Shown: positions 38,075 through 49,556 of the stretch, one piece after another
How positions within the stretch are numbered: position 1 is the first letter of the stretch
Layout: each line of letters begins with the position of its first letter
DNA from: Actinomycetota bacterium
GTDB lineage: Bacteria > Actinomycetota > CADDZG01 > JAHWKV01 > JAOPZY01
Direction of reading: 5' to 3'
DNA: 64,000 nt
Assembly: GCA_035765775.1 (NCBI GenBank)
Contig: DASTWV010000059.1
Coordinates: 417,555 to 481,554, forward strand
Notes under the pieces: generated by a model
What the model saw: the letters and a program-made list of their open reading frames with translations, nothing else
The model's database searches: none
Told to the model about the DNA's origin: nothing
Made by a program: the position numbers and the translations under genes

Positions 38075-39676
38075 CTACCCCCGCACCCGGGTGCGGAGCC
38101 GGACGGTGGTGCCGCCCTCGGTGGTCTCGATCTGGGCCTCGTCCATCAGGGCGGCCATCAGGGACCGGCCGAGGCCGCGGTGGCTGCCCCTCGGCCCCCG
38201 CCAGTGCCCGGTGTCGGTGACCGTGATCTCAACCTCCTGCGGGCGAGCGACGCCCAAGATCTCCACCGTACCCTGACCCGGCCCGTAGGCATGCTCGATG
38301 GCATTGGCAACCGCCTCGCCCACCGCCACCAGCACGTCGTGGCCCTGCTGGGCGCCCATGCCGGCCGTCGACAGCCACCGCCGGAGGGTGCGCCGCAGGC
38401 CGGCCAGCTCCGCCGGGTCGGCATCGATGGTGACGTGCAACGCCTCGCCGCGAGTTTTGATGCCGAAGCGGACGGTGAGGATGGCGAGGTCGTCGCCCAG
38501 GCCGGTCGCCGGGACCTCGACCCCGAACACCTGCTGGCGCAGACCCTCAAGGTTGGTCCACGGCGTCTCGGCCGCTCGGCGCAGGCCCTCGAGCCCCACG
38601 TCCAGGGACACCCCCCGGCGCTCGATGAGCCCATCGGTGTAGAGGATCAGCGTGCCGCCGGGATCGAGCTGCAGCGAGTGGGCGCTGTAGCGCTGGTACG
38701 GGAGCGCGCCGAGGAGTGGCTCGGGTGTGTGCTCTGCCAGCCTCGCCTGGCCCTGGGCATCGACGACCACGGGCGGCGGGTGCCCGGCGCTGGCGAAGCG
38801 GAAGATGCCGTCGGGTGTGAGCACCCCCACCACCAGCGTGGCCATCACACCCGGGTCGAACTGGAGCAGGACCTGGTTGGCGTGGTTCATCGTCTCGGCG
38901 GGGTCAGGGGCGACGAAAACCAGGGCCCGGATCACGTTCCGGAGCCGGGCCATGGTGATCGCCGCCGCGAGGCCCCGCCCGGCGATGTCCCCGACCACGA
39001 TCCACAGGCGCTCGGCGGGGAGCACGAAGGTGTCGTACCAGTCGCCACCGACCATGCCGCCGTCAGCGGGACGGTAGAGGCCGGCAATCTCAATACCCGG
39101 GAGATCCGGCAGGCGATCGGGCTGCAGGCTGCGTTGGAGGGTCTGGGCGATCACGCTCTGCTCCTGTTGGCGCCGCGCCTGCACGGCCAGCCCCACCCGC
39201 CCGGCGGCGAGCTCCAGCAGTTCCTGGTCTGCCTCATTGAAGGCCCGCGGGTGCAGGCTGCCCACGTGCAGCACCCCGATGGTGCGGCCCTCAGCAAAGA
39301 GCGGCACGCCCAGCATCGAGCGGATCCCGCGGCGCAGGAGCAGGGGGTTGAGGACTTTGCCCTCGTTCACCTCGTTGAGGAACACCGGTTTTCCCGAGGC
39401 CGCGACCTTGCCGGCGAAACCGCCGCCCACCGGCAGGTGCACCCCCTGCTCGACCTCCTCCTCGAGGCCCTTGGCCGCCGTGGCCACCAACTCGTTGGTC
39501 GCCTCGTCGATGAGCAGCACGGCTGCGGTGTCCACTTCCAGCACCTCACGGATCCGGACAAGGAGCTCGTCGAGCAGCCCCTCGACGCTCAGCTGGGCCA
39601 GGGCCGCATCGGCAATGAGTTGCACCCGCCGGAGGCGTTCCTCTGCGATCGGGGAGGGATCTGAGGTGGCTCGCAT
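38075..39676 (-). CDS. GAF sensor + PP2C (SpoIIE-type) serine phosphatase + HATPase_c (RsbW-like) fusion; sigma-factor partner-switching regulator
   Basis: GAF region (TAAVLLIDEATNELV...GKPVFLNEV). PP2C acidic motifs (GGDWYD, VGDIAGRGLAAA, ILYTDGLIE). C-terminal HATPase (AVGEAVANAIEHAYG). Start MRATSDP at 39676. Confidence 0.85.
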   Translation of the reverse strand: MRATSDPSPIAEERLRRVQLIADAALAQLSVEGLLDELLVRIREVLEVDTAAVLLIDEATNELVATAAKGLEEEVEQGVHLPVGGGFAGKVAASGKPVFLNEVNEGKVLNPLLLRRGIRSMLGVPLFAEGRTIGVLHVGSLHPRAFNEADQELLELAAGRVGLAVQARRQQEQSVIAQTLQRSLQPDRLPDLPGIEIAGLYRPADGGMVGGDWYDTFVLPAERLWIVVGDIAGRGLAAAITMARLRNVIRALVFVAPDPAETMNHANQVLLQFDPGVMATLVVGVLTPDGIFRFASAGHPPPVVVDAQGQARLAEHTPEPLLGALPYQRYSAHSLQLDPGGTLILYTDGLIERRGVSLDVGLEGLRRAAETPWTNLEGLRQQVFGVEVPATGLGDDLAILTVRFGIKTRGEALHVTIDADPAELAGLRRTLRRWLSTAGMGAQQGHDVLVAVGEAVANAIEHAYGPGQGTVEILGVARPQEVEITVTDTGHWRGPRGSHRGLGRSLMAALMDEAQIETTEGGTTVRLRTRVRG

Positions 39677-39779
39677 GGCTGCCCATGGTATGCCCAGATT
39701 GGCCCGCTTCAGTCTGGGTCCGCCCCGGCCCGGCACGCGGGCGCACGGTAGCGCCCGCCGTACCGTAATCTGGCGTCCC

Positions 39780-40475
39780 ATGCGACAAGCAGTGATCCTG
39801 GCGGGCGGCCAGGCAACCCGGCTCCGGCCGTATACCGACGACCGCCCCAAGGCCATGGTCGAGGTGGCCGGGGTCCCGGTGTGCGAGCACCAGATCGTCT
39901 GGCTGGCCTCCGCCGGCGTCGAGAACGTCGTCATGTCGGTGGGCTACCGCCACGAAGTCATCCAGGACCGCATCGGCGACGGCTCCCGCCTGGGCGTCCA
40001 CGTGACCTACGCGGTCGAGGACACCCCCCTCGGCCGGGGCGGCGGCATGAAGCTGGCCGCCAAAAGGCTCCCCTACCGGGACGAGGGCTGGTTCGCCCTC
40101 AACGGCGACGTGCTGGCCAAGTTCCCGGTCCTCGACCTGTCCAGCCACCACCAGCGGATCTCGGCCCTCGCCACCATCGCCCTCGCCCCCTACCGCTCCA
40201 ACTGGGGCCTGGCGACGCTCGACGGCGACTTCGTGCTCGGCTTCGTCCAGAGCCCGCACCTGCCCTACTGGATCAACGGCGGGATCTACTGCATGGAGCC
40301 CGAGGTCATCGACCTCCTGCCCGACAAGGGCGACCACGAGGACACCACCTTCCCCGAGCTGGCGCTCTCCGGCCGGCTGGGGGGCTACAAGATCGAGGGC
40401 TACTGGCGCGGCATCGACACCGTGAAGGACCTCAAGGAAGCCAACGTCGAGTACCCGCAGGAACTCGGCGAATAG
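39780..40475 (+). CDS. Sugar-1-phosphate nucleotidyltransferase (short, GlmU/RmlA-fold N-terminal domain type)
   Basis: ILAGGQATRLRPYTDDRPKAMVEVAG signature; ATG at 39780 within a longer non-coding-like ORF. Confidence 0.8.
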   Translation: MRQAVILAGGQATRLRPYTDDRPKAMVEVAGVPVCEHQIVWLASAGVENVVMSVGYRHEVIQDRIGDGSRLGVHVTYAVEDTPLGRGGGMKLAAKRLPYRDEGWFALNGDVLAKFPVLDLSSHHQRISALATIALAPYRSNWGLATLDGDFVLGFVQSPHLPYWINGGIYCMEPEVIDLLPDKGDHEDTTFPELALSGRLGGYKIEGYWRGIDTVKDLKEANVEYPQELGE

Positions 40476-40491
40476 CCCGGAGGTTCCTCCC

Positions 40492-41385
40492 GTGGGAGTC
40501 CCCGATCCCATCTCCCGGCGCCTGCGCAGCGCCACCATCACCGAGTACGCCTACCTGACCCCGGGCGGCGACCCGCTGTGCTGGCCGGTGACGCCGTTCT
40601 GGGACCCGGGGCGGGGCGTGCTGGGGATCTCGGTGGGCCTGGCGTACCCCAACAAGGCGCACTACGCCCGGCTGCATCCCAGGGTCTCGGCGCTCTTCTG
40701 CGCCCCCGCAACCGAGCCGCTGGTGCTGCACGGCGATGCGGTCGTGCTGGACGGCGACCTCCAGGCCAACACCGACCGGTACATCCGGGAGATGCGGGCG
40801 CGGTTCGTCTCCGCCCGGATGGCGCTGAACCCGGTCTGCCTGCCGATGCTCGACTTCTACCTGCCCCGCCTCTGGGTCGAGATCGCGCCGACCGAGATCG
40901 CCCGCGGGGCGGACCATGAGACCGTGGCCGACCCCGGGACGCGGCCCGACCACCCGCCGCTCAGCGCGGCCCACCGGGCGGCGCTGCACCGCTGGGCGCT
41001 GGCCTCGCCCACCGCCACCCTGGCGATGCCGGGTGCAGCCGGCTACCCGGTGATGGCCCGGGTTGCGGTGCGCCTGCGGGCCGACGGCGACCTGGAGCTG
41101 GGCCGCGCCCCCGGGGTGGGCCCGGCGGCGCTGACCTTCCATTCCGAGGGCCTGGGCGGCGTTCGCCTGGATGCCCTGATGGCCCGGGGCTGGGTGGGCC
41201 CCGACGGCCGGTTCACCGCCCGGCGGGTGGTGGGCTTCTTCGGCCGGGACCCGGCCAGCCGGCCCCCCTTCTTCTCGATCTTCCCGCTGTCGCAGCTCCC
41301 CTGGGCGGGGGTGCTGCGGGACTCGCTCACCCGGGAACTCTCGACCCGGGGCGAGCCCTTGCCCCGGCTGCGGGTTCCCCGCTGA
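40492..41385 (+). CDS. Pyridoxamine 5'-phosphate oxidase-like split-barrel (PPOX class, possibly F420-dependent) family protein
   Basis: Split-barrel pattern ([16 protein letters not shown]...ISV); weak family-level assignment. Confidence 0.5.
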   Translation: MGVPDPISRRLRSATITEYAYLTPGGDPLCWPVTPFWDPGRGVLGISVGLAYPNKAHYARLHPRVSALFCAPATEPLVLHGDAVVLDGDLQANTDRYIREMRARFVSARMALNPVCLPMLDFYLPRLWVEIAPTEIARGADHETVADPGTRPDHPPLSAAHRAALHRWALASPTATLAMPGAAGYPVMARVAVRLRADGDLELGRAPGVGPAALTFHSEGLGGVRLDALMARGWVGPDGRFTARRVVGFFGRDPASRPPFFSIFPLSQLPWAGVLRDSLTRELSTRGEPLPRLRVPR

Positions 41386-41438
41386 CCGGCAGTTCTGCGT
41401 CTGTCGCTCCGCATTCGGCTCCGCGCGCGAGCACTAGG

Positions 41439-43055
<1,617 letters not shown>

Positions 43056-43059
43056 GGCT

Positions 43060-43368
43060 GTGGACGATCCGGTCGCCGGCTTCCCCGGCTTCGAGGTCTT
43101 CCGCATCCGGCCCATACCGTCGCCCGACGAGCAGCTGGCGATCCTGGAGGCCATCGAGGAGTACCTCGCCCGGCAGCGCCCGGCCAGGAGCCAGGTCGCC
43201 GGGGCGACGATGGATGCCTGGACCGTGGCGGGCCGCCTGGCTGCCCGGCGGGGAGGGCTCTTGGATGCCCGCACGGCGCTGGGCCAGGGATCGTGGGCGG
43301 CCAGCGCCAAGGTGGCATTCCAGGGGCGGCAGTACGTGGGCCGCTCGGGCCGGGGGGACCAGGCCTAA
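43060..43368 (+). CDS. Probable acyl-CoA carboxylase epsilon subunit (AccE-like small protein)
   Basis: Small ORF immediately downstream of pccB, as in actinomycete accD5-accE5 operons. GTG start 4 nt after the pccB stop. Sequence similarity is weak. Confidence 0.45.
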   Translation: MDDPVAGFPGFEVFRIRPIPSPDEQLAILEAIEEYLARQRPARSQVAGATMDAWTVAGRLAARRGGLLDARTALGQGSWAASAKVAFQGRQYVGRSGRGDQA

Positions 43369-43450
43369 CCGGGCTCGTCGCTGCCCTTCCCGGTCGGGCC
43401 GGCGACGGCGGCGGCCGGCCGAGCGCCCGCCGTCCATCGCGTCTTAATAT

Positions 43451-45136
43451 TTGGCCATGGCCCTGCGGGGGGTGGTGGCCGACGCCAATGCCGCGCTTGA
43501 TCGCGGGGAGTGGAAGGCCGCCAAGGCCGGCTTCGAGACCGCCCTCGGCGAGGAACAGACCCCCGAGGCCCTCGACGGGCTGGGTCAGGCCCTCTGGTGG
43601 CTCAACAACCTGCACGCCGGGATCGAGCTGCGGGAGCGGGCCTACGCCGGATACAAGGCGCTCGGCATGCGAGCTCCGGCCGGACGGGTGGCCACCTGGC
43701 TCGGCGGGGAGTACTTCACCGTCCACGGCAACCTCGCCGCCGCCGGGGGCTGGATCCAGCGGGCGGACACGCTCCTCGCCGACCTGGCGCCGTGCGCCGA
43801 GCAGGGGTGGCTGCTCGTCATGAAGGCGGCGATGTCGATGGATCCCGCCGCCGTCCAGGACCTGGCGGCCCAGGCGATGGCTCTGGGCCGGAGCCTGGAA
43901 GACGGCGACCTCGAGATCGTCGGGCTCAGCGCACTGGGCCTCGGCCTGGTGGGCGAAGGCCGGATCGCTGACGGGATGGCCCGGCTGGACGAGGCGATGG
44001 CGGCGGCCACCGGCGGTGAGCTAAGCAGCCTGTGGGCGGTCTCGGACGTCTACTGCAACACCCTGTTGGCCTGCGAGCGGGCGGGGGACTTCGAGCGAGC
44101 CGAGCAATGGTGTTCGGTGGTCATGGAGTTCGCCCGCCGGCGGGCATGCCAGCCGATGTTCCCCTTCTGCCACGTCACCTTCGGCTCCATCCTCACCGCC
44201 AGCGGGCGGTGGGGCGAAGCCGAGGTGGAGTTGGAGCTGGCCGTGCGGACCTTCGACACCGGCCACCGTGCCATGCGCGTCCTGGCACTGGCCCGCCTGG
44301 CGGAGCTGCGGGTCCGGCAGGGCCGGATCCCCGAGGCGGAGGAGCTCCTGAACGGCTACGAGGAGCACCCCCTCGCGGTGCGGGCCATCGCCCGGCTCAG
44401 CCTCGCCCTCGGGGACCCCGTCACCGCGGTCTCGGTGCTCCGGCGCCGCCTGGCCCAGGTCGGGCGCAACACCCTTCTGGCCTTCCCCCTGCTGACCCTG
44501 CTGACCGATGCGTTCCTGCAGCAGGGGGACATCGGGGAGGCCGCGAACGCCGCCGACCAGATGGCCCACCTGGAGAAGACCTCGGGTCAACAGTTGATGG
44601 GCGCCGAGGCCACCATGGCCCGGGCCAAAGTCGCCCTGGCCGCCGGCGAACCCTCCGCCGCCGATGGGTTCGACCGGGCAGTCGCCGCCTTCCTCTCGCT
44701 CGAGCTGCCGTGGGAGGCGGCACAGGCGCGCCTCGGGCTTGCTCGTGCTGCGGAGGCCTCCCAACCGGAGATGGCACGGGCGGAGGCCCGGCTGGCGCTG
44801 GCGGCGTTCGAGCGCCTCGGCGCGGCCCGGCTCGCCGACCAGGCGGCCCGGCTCCTGCGCGACCTGGGGGCGGGGACCGCCCCCGGCCCCCGGTCGGGGG
44901 GAGGGCTCACGAGCCGGGAGGCGGAGGTCCTGGAACTGGTGGGCCTCGGGCTCTCCAACGCCGAGATCGCCGAGCGGCTCTTCATCAGCCCCCGCACCGT
45001 CGAGCACCATGTCGGCTCCATGCTGGGCAAGCTCACCTTGAAGACCCGCCCCCAGTTGGTGGCCCATGCCCTCCGGCGGCCGCCCCCGGCCGTGCCGCCC
45101 ACGGCCGTGCCGCTCCCGGGGTCCGGGCAGAAATAG
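43451..45136 (+). CDS. LuxR-family transcriptional regulator with large N-terminal TPR-like/helical domain
   Basis: C-terminal HTH (LTSREAEVLELVGLGLSNAEIAERLFISPRTVEHHVGSMLGKL). Confidence 0.85.
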   Translation: MAMALRGVVADANAALDRGEWKAAKAGFETALGEEQTPEALDGLGQALWWLNNLHAGIELRERAYAGYKALGMRAPAGRVATWLGGEYFTVHGNLAAAGGWIQRADTLLADLAPCAEQGWLLVMKAAMSMDPAAVQDLAAQAMALGRSLEDGDLEIVGLSALGLGLVGEGRIADGMARLDEAMAAATGGELSSLWAVSDVYCNTLLACERAGDFERAEQWCSVVMEFARRRACQPMFPFCHVTFGSILTASGRWGEAEVELELAVRTFDTGHRAMRVLALARLAELRVRQGRIPEAEELLNGYEEHPLAVRAIARLSLALGDPVTAVSVLRRRLAQVGRNTLLAFPLLTLLTDAFLQQGDIGEAANAADQMAHLEKTSGQQLMGAEATMARAKVALAAGEPSAADGFDRAVAAFLSLELPWEAAQARLGLARAAEASQPEMARAEARLALAAFERLGAARLADQAARLLRDLGAGTAPGPRSGGGLTSREAEVLELVGLGLSNAEIAERLFISPRTVEHHVGSMLGKLTLKTRPQLVAHALRRPPPAVPPTAVPLPGSGQK

Positions 45137-45228
45137 GGGCACGCCCCGATGTTTGCGGGGTGGCCGGGTTCGTACCATCACCAGCGGAAGGCACCGACGG
45201 GGTGCTGATGGTTCAGGAGGTGGGGGCA

Positions 45229-45585
45229 ATGGCGGGAGTGGAGAGCAAGCAGATCGAGTCCGGGGTGCGGCGCAGCTTCGATCGCGGCCACGTGGACGTG
45301 GTGCAGCTCGCCGGCGCCTCGGTCGGCCGGGTGACGCTGGAGCCGGGCTGGAAGTGGTCGGAGTGCGTCAAGCCGCTCGCCAAGACCGAGTTGTGCCAGG
45401 CGGCGCACGTCGGCTACGTGGTGGCGGGAACCCTGGCCGGGGTGATGGGCGACGGCACGACCTTCCGCCTGAACGCCGGCGATTCCTACACCATTGCCCC
45501 GGGCCATGACGCCTGGGTGGAGGGCGACGACCTGTACGTCGCAGTGGAGTTCGAGAGCTTGAAGGACTACGCCAAGGAGGCGTAG
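45229..45585 (+). CDS. Cupin domain protein
   Basis: The two-motif cupin pattern (G..G...LEPG...E...H.GYV..G); AGGAGG RBS before the ATG at 45229. Confidence 0.65.
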   Translation: MAGVESKQIESGVRRSFDRGHVDVVQLAGASVGRVTLEPGWKWSECVKPLAKTELCQAAHVGYVVAGTLAGVMGDGTTFRLNAGDSYTIAPGHDAWVEGDDLYVAVEFESLKDYAKEA

Positions 45586-45610
45586 GTCCGAGCCTGCCCC
45601 GCGCCCGTCC

Positions 45611-46777
45611 CTACGACTCCGGGAGGGCGTGGGGCAGGCCCAGCTCCCGGGCGATCAGCATCCGCTGCACCTCCGAGGTGCCCTCGCCGATCTCCAGGAT
45701 CTTGGCGTCCCGGAAGTGGCGGGCCACCGGGAACTCCTCGATGAAGCCGTAGCCGCCGTGGATCTGCACCGCCTCCCGGGCAGAGTCCATGGCCACCTCG
45801 GAGGCGAACAGCTTCGCCATCGACGCCTCGAGCTTGAAGCGGCGGCCCTGCGAGCGCAGCCAGGCGGCCTTGTAGACCTGGTCCCGGGCCGCGGCGATGC
45901 GGGTCGCCATGTCGGCCAGCTTGAACTGCACCGCCTGGTAGGCCCCGATCTCCTGCCCGAAGGCGGTGCGCTGCCGGGCGTAGCGCACACTCTCGTCCAG
46001 GCAGCCCTGGGCCAGGCCGACGGCGAGGGAGGCGATCGCCACCCGGCCACTGTCGAGGATCTGCAGGAACTGGCGGTACCCGGCCCCCTTCGGGCCGACG
46101 AGGTTCCCCAGGGGGACCCGGCACCCGTCGAAGGCCAGCTCACGGGTGTCGGACGCCCGCCAGCCCAGCTTGCGGTACTCCCGCCCGACCGTGAAGCCGG
46201 GCGTGCCGTGCTCGACGCAGAGGGTGCTGATCTCCTTGCCCCGCTCGGTGCGCCCGGTGGCGGCGGCGACGGTCACCACCCGGGACAGGGGCGTCCCGGC
46301 GTTGGTGATGAAGGCTTTCGAGCCGTCGATCACCCACTCCTCGCCCTCCCGGCGGGCGGTGGTGCGCAAGGCCCCGACGTCCGAGCCCCCCGACGCCTCC
46401 GTGAGCCCGAAGGCGCCCAGGACCTCGCCGGCGGCCATCGGGGGCAGCCAGCGCTGGCGCTGCTCCTCATTGCCGAACAGGGCGAACGGCATGGCACCGA
46501 GACCGACCCCGGCCGACAGCGTGATCGCCACCGAGGAGTCCACCCGGGCCAGCTCCTCGATGGCAACACACAGGGTGATGAACTCGGCCCCCGCCCCGCC
46601 GTAGGCCTCGGGCAGCACGAGCCCGAAGAGGCCGAGCGAGCCCATCTGGCGCACGATCTCGAGCGGGAACTCGCCCCGTGCGTCGTAGCCGGCCGCCGCC
46701 GGCGCGACCACCTCGGCGGCAAAGGTGCGCACCAGTCCCCGCAGCTCGGCCGCCTCCTCGGGCAGGTCGAAGTCCAC
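45611..46777 (-). CDS. Acyl-CoA dehydrogenase
   Basis: The ACAD pattern, GLTEASGGSD, and a catalytic Glu region (ILEIGEGTSEVQR). Confidence 0.9.
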   Translation of the reverse strand: MDFDLPEEAAELRGLVRTFAAEVVAPAAAGYDARGEFPLEIVRQMGSLGLFGLVLPEAYGGAGAEFITLCVAIEELARVDSSVAITLSAGVGLGAMPFALFGNEEQRQRWLPPMAAGEVLGAFGLTEASGGSDVGALRTTARREGEEWVIDGSKAFITNAGTPLSRVVTVAAATGRTERGKEISTLCVEHGTPGFTVGREYRKLGWRASDTRELAFDGCRVPLGNLVGPKGAGYRQFLQILDSGRVAIASLAVGLAQGCLDESVRYARQRTAFGQEIGAYQAVQFKLADMATRIAAARDQVYKAAWLRSQGRRFKLEASMAKLFASEVAMDSAREAVQIHGGYGFIEEFPVARHFRDAKILEIGEGTSEVQRMLIARELGLPHALPES

Positions 46778-46780
46778 GGA

Positions 46781-47440
46781 TCAGGGGGCCCTGGGGGCCT
46801 GGCCAGCCAGCGACAGCACGCCGGGTGGTGGGTTGGCCAGCGTGCAGGACAGCGTGAGGTGGCCGGGGGTCAGCGTGATGGCCGGCGTGCAGGTGGCAAA
46901 GGGGGCCTTCGAGAAGGTGAGCGAGGCGCTGAGGCCCGGCACCCCGCTCCCCACCACCATGAACGACAGGGTGCCCGGGGACTGGAGGGCGAAGCGCCCG
47001 GTCACCGATGTCACCGGGTTGTGCAGTGTGACGGTGCCCACCCCGAACGTGAACGAAAGGCCGGGCCGGAGCACGCTCGAGGCCTCGACGTCGGTGATGG
47101 TCGCCACGATCGTCAGGTGCTCGACCCGGGAGACATGCACGCGGCTTCCTACCAGCGAGCCGAGGCGCAGGTGGACGCTGTTGGCGGTGACGGTCACCGA
47201 GTCGGCGGTGATGACGCCGAGCGCCACGGTGCGGGCCGTCACCTTCACCGAGTCGATCGTCTGCCCGAGCACCAGGCGGGGGAGCAGCGGGAAGCTGACG
47301 CTGGTCTGGACGCCGATGGCCGTCGGGTCGGCCGCCTTCACCCGGGCGGTCAGGTCGCTCTGGATGAGCACCCGGGATGCCCCCTCGCCCACCACGAGGA
47401 GCAGGACCACGACGATGACGATCGTCCGGATCCGCATCAC
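46781..47440 (-). CDS. LmeA-like/DUF2993 family membrane-anchored lipid-binding protein
   Basis: N-terminal TM (IVIVVVLLLVVG) followed by a beta-rich Val/Thr/Ser repeat domain typical of DUF2993. Confidence 0.5.
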   Translation of the reverse strand: MMRIRTIVIVVVLLLVVGEGASRVLIQSDLTARVKAADPTAIGVQTSVSFPLLPRLVLGQTIDSVKVTARTVALGVITADSVTVTANSVHLRLGSLVGSRVHVSRVEHLTIVATITDVEASSVLRPGLSFTFGVGTVTLHNPVTSVTGRFALQSPGTLSFMVVGSGVPGLSASLTFSKAPFATCTPAITLTPGHLTLSCTLANPPPGVLSLAGQAPRAP

Positions 47441-47880
47441 GGCGCACCCGCCGGCCGGAAGTAGGCGACGTCGGTGATCCCGCCCTTGCGGTCGGCCGGG
47501 TCAGCCAGCACCGCCTCGACCGCCGACCCGATGGCCCAGGGGTGGCCGGCGGGGGCCAGCCGGTGGACGAGGACCGTGTCGGCGCCATCGAGGCGGACGA
47601 GGCCCACCGCCTCGGGTGCCCCGAGCTCAGATCCGTCGAGAGCGCGGCGCACCAGGGTGAACGACTCCAGCCGGCCCCCAGGTCCCACCTCCACCTCCTC
47701 GTCAGTTGCCGCAAAGCAGCGGGGGCAGAAGGCCGCCGGCGGGCAGGCCACGATGCCGCACGCCGGGCAGTGGGTCGCCAAGAAGATCCCCCGCTCCCAC
47801 AATGCCCGGAAGAAGCGCTCCCCGGCAAGCCCGGCGGTGTAGCGGTGGGCGATGGGCAGGTGCCCGGGGACGAGCGTCAT
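47437..47880 (-). CDS. DUF35 Zn-ribbon/OB-fold protein (SCP-x thiolase partner)
   Basis: CPACG...CPRC zinc ribbon then OB fold. ATGA overlap with the upstream DUF35 gene. Confidence 0.7.
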   Translation of the reverse strand: MTLVPGHLPIAHRYTAGLAGERFFRALWERGIFLATHCPACGIVACPPAAFCPRCFAATDEEVEVGPGGRLESFTLVRRALDGSELGAPEAVGLVRLDGADTVLVHRLAPAGHPWAIGSAVEAVLADPADRKGGITDVAYFRPAGAP

Positions 47881-48389
47881 CGGGCACCGGCTGCAGGAAC
47901 CGTGCCGAGGGGAGCCCAGTGGACGATGTCGAGCACCGAGCCCTGCCGCTCCGCCCGGGGGCGCCATACAGCGGCGACCGGCATCCCGAGCCGGGCCTCC
48001 CCGGCGGCGATGCCTCCCAGCCGGTGCAGGAGCGCCGCCCCGGGGGCCAGCTCGATGACCGCCGGCAGCTCGGGCTCGGTAAGCGGCCGGAGGTCCCAGG
48101 CAACGGAGCACACCGAGAACGAGCGGACCGTCCCGGTGGCGGGGAGCTCGACGAAGGCATCCACCGGCCGGAAGCACTCTTCGCAGAACATGCGGGGGGG
48201 CAGGAGCACCCGGCCGCACCCCCGGCAGGCGGTGCCCATGATGCGGCCCTGGCGCAGGCCGTGGAGGAACTCGCCGATGGCCATCCCGGCATCCCAGGCG
48301 TACTCCGCCCGGATGTGGTGCTCGACGGCGACAACACCGCCGGCCAGCTGGGCGGCCGACAGGGCGGTGAGCGGGACCGGGGGGCGCAT
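47877..48389 (-). CDS. DUF35 Zn-ribbon/OB-fold protein (SCP-x thiolase partner)
   Basis: CRGCG...CEEC zinc ribbon then OB fold. Confidence 0.7.
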   Translation of the reverse strand: MRPPVPLTALSAAQLAGGVVAVEHHIRAEYAWDAGMAIGEFLHGLRQGRIMGTACRGCGRVLLPPRMFCEECFRPVDAFVELPATGTVRSFSVCSVAWDLRPLTEPELPAVIELAPGAALLHRLGGIAAGEARLGMPVAAVWRPRAERQGSVLDIVHWAPLGTVPAAGAR

Positions 48390-49552
48390 CAGACCCCCAG
48401 CACGATCACGGAGGCGACCTGCATGAGATCGCCCCACCCCTGGGCCAGGCCGCGCTCCGGCGTGCCCGGGACCTGGCGGGCGCCCGCCTCGCCCCGCAGC
48501 TGCCAGTACAGCTCGGCCACCTTCATCAGCCCGGCGGCCGCGATGGGGTTGCCCACCCCCATGAGGCCCCCGGAGGGGCAGGAGGGGAGGTCGCCGTCTC
48601 GGTCCAGCACCCCGTCCCGGGCGGCCTCGGGGGCCTGCCCGGGCTCGAAGAGCAGCAGGCCCTCCAGGTGGTGCAGCTCCTTGTAGTCGAAGGGGTCGTG
48701 GGGCTCCACCAGATGGATCTGGCGGCGGGGCTCGGTGATTCCGGCCATCCCGTAGGCCATGCGGGCGGCCCGCTCCACGTAGCCCGGGTAGGAGAGGTCC
48801 CGCTGCGTCCAGTAGGCGGAGTCCAGCTGCCACCCGGTGCCCTCCACCCAGACCGGGCGGTCGCACAGCCGGCGGGCCTCACCCTCGGCCGCCATGACCA
48901 CGGCCACCGCCCCGTCGGTCACCGGCGACACGTCCAGGCGCTGCACCGGCCAGGCCAGGACCTCGGAGCCCAGGACGTCCTCGATGGTGATGGACTTCTG
49001 GCCCAGCTGGGCGGCCGGGTGGTCGGCGGCGTTGCGCTTGTTCTTCACCGCCACCCGGGCGATGTCGGCCTTCTCCAGCCCCCAGCGCTCCATGTAGGCC
49101 TGCATCTCGAGGGCGAAGATCCACAGCAGGTTGGGCCCCAGCGGGCGCTCGACGAGGTTGTCGAACATGGTGAGGAACACGCCCTGGGCGTTGGGGATGG
49201 TGGGCGACATCTTCTCTTCGGCCACCACCAGCACCCGGTCGAACATGCCGCTGGCCACGTGGTACCAGCCCTGGATGGCGCACATCACGCCCGTGCCCCC
49301 GCCCACGCAGCACCGGATCACCGGCTTGTTCCAGCCCCCGGCCCCGTCGGCCACGTACTCGCCCTTCATGTGCACGCCGTCGAAGGCGTCCAGGCCGCCC
49401 CCGATGCACACGGCGTCGATGTCGGCCAGGGTGAGCCCGGCGTCGTCCAGGGCGGCGGAGGCGGCCTTCCAGGCCAGCTCCTTGCCGGTCTCCAACGCCC
49501 GGCGGACGAAGCACGTCATGCCCGCACCGATGATGCCGACCCGCTCCCCCAT
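48389..49552 (-). CDS. Thiolase-like protein, SCP-x/nonspecific lipid-transfer-protein type
   Basis: Thiolase fold lacking the canonical biosynthetic-thiolase motifs. Start MGERVGIIGAGMT at 49552. Confidence 0.8.
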   Translation of the reverse strand: MGERVGIIGAGMTCFVRRALETGKELAWKAASAALDDAGLTLADIDAVCIGGGLDAFDGVHMKGEYVADGAGGWNKPVIRCCVGGGTGVMCAIQGWYHVASGMFDRVLVVAEEKMSPTIPNAQGVFLTMFDNLVERPLGPNLLWIFALEMQAYMERWGLEKADIARVAVKNKRNAADHPAAQLGQKSITIEDVLGSEVLAWPVQRLDVSPVTDGAVAVVMAAEGEARRLCDRPVWVEGTGWQLDSAYWTQRDLSYPGYVERAARMAYGMAGITEPRRQIHLVEPHDPFDYKELHHLEGLLLFEPGQAPEAARDGVLDRDGDLPSCPSGGLMGVGNPIAAAGLMKVAELYWQLRGEAGARQVPGTPERGLAQGWGDLMQVASVIVLGV

Positions 49553-49556
49553 GCCG

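Noticed and set aside
45178-45230. Alternative upstream starts for the cupin gene (ATG at 45208)
   Set aside because: The AGGAGG RBS is positioned for the ATG at 45229. The upstream part belongs to a 517-aa Gly/Arg-rich shadow ORF.
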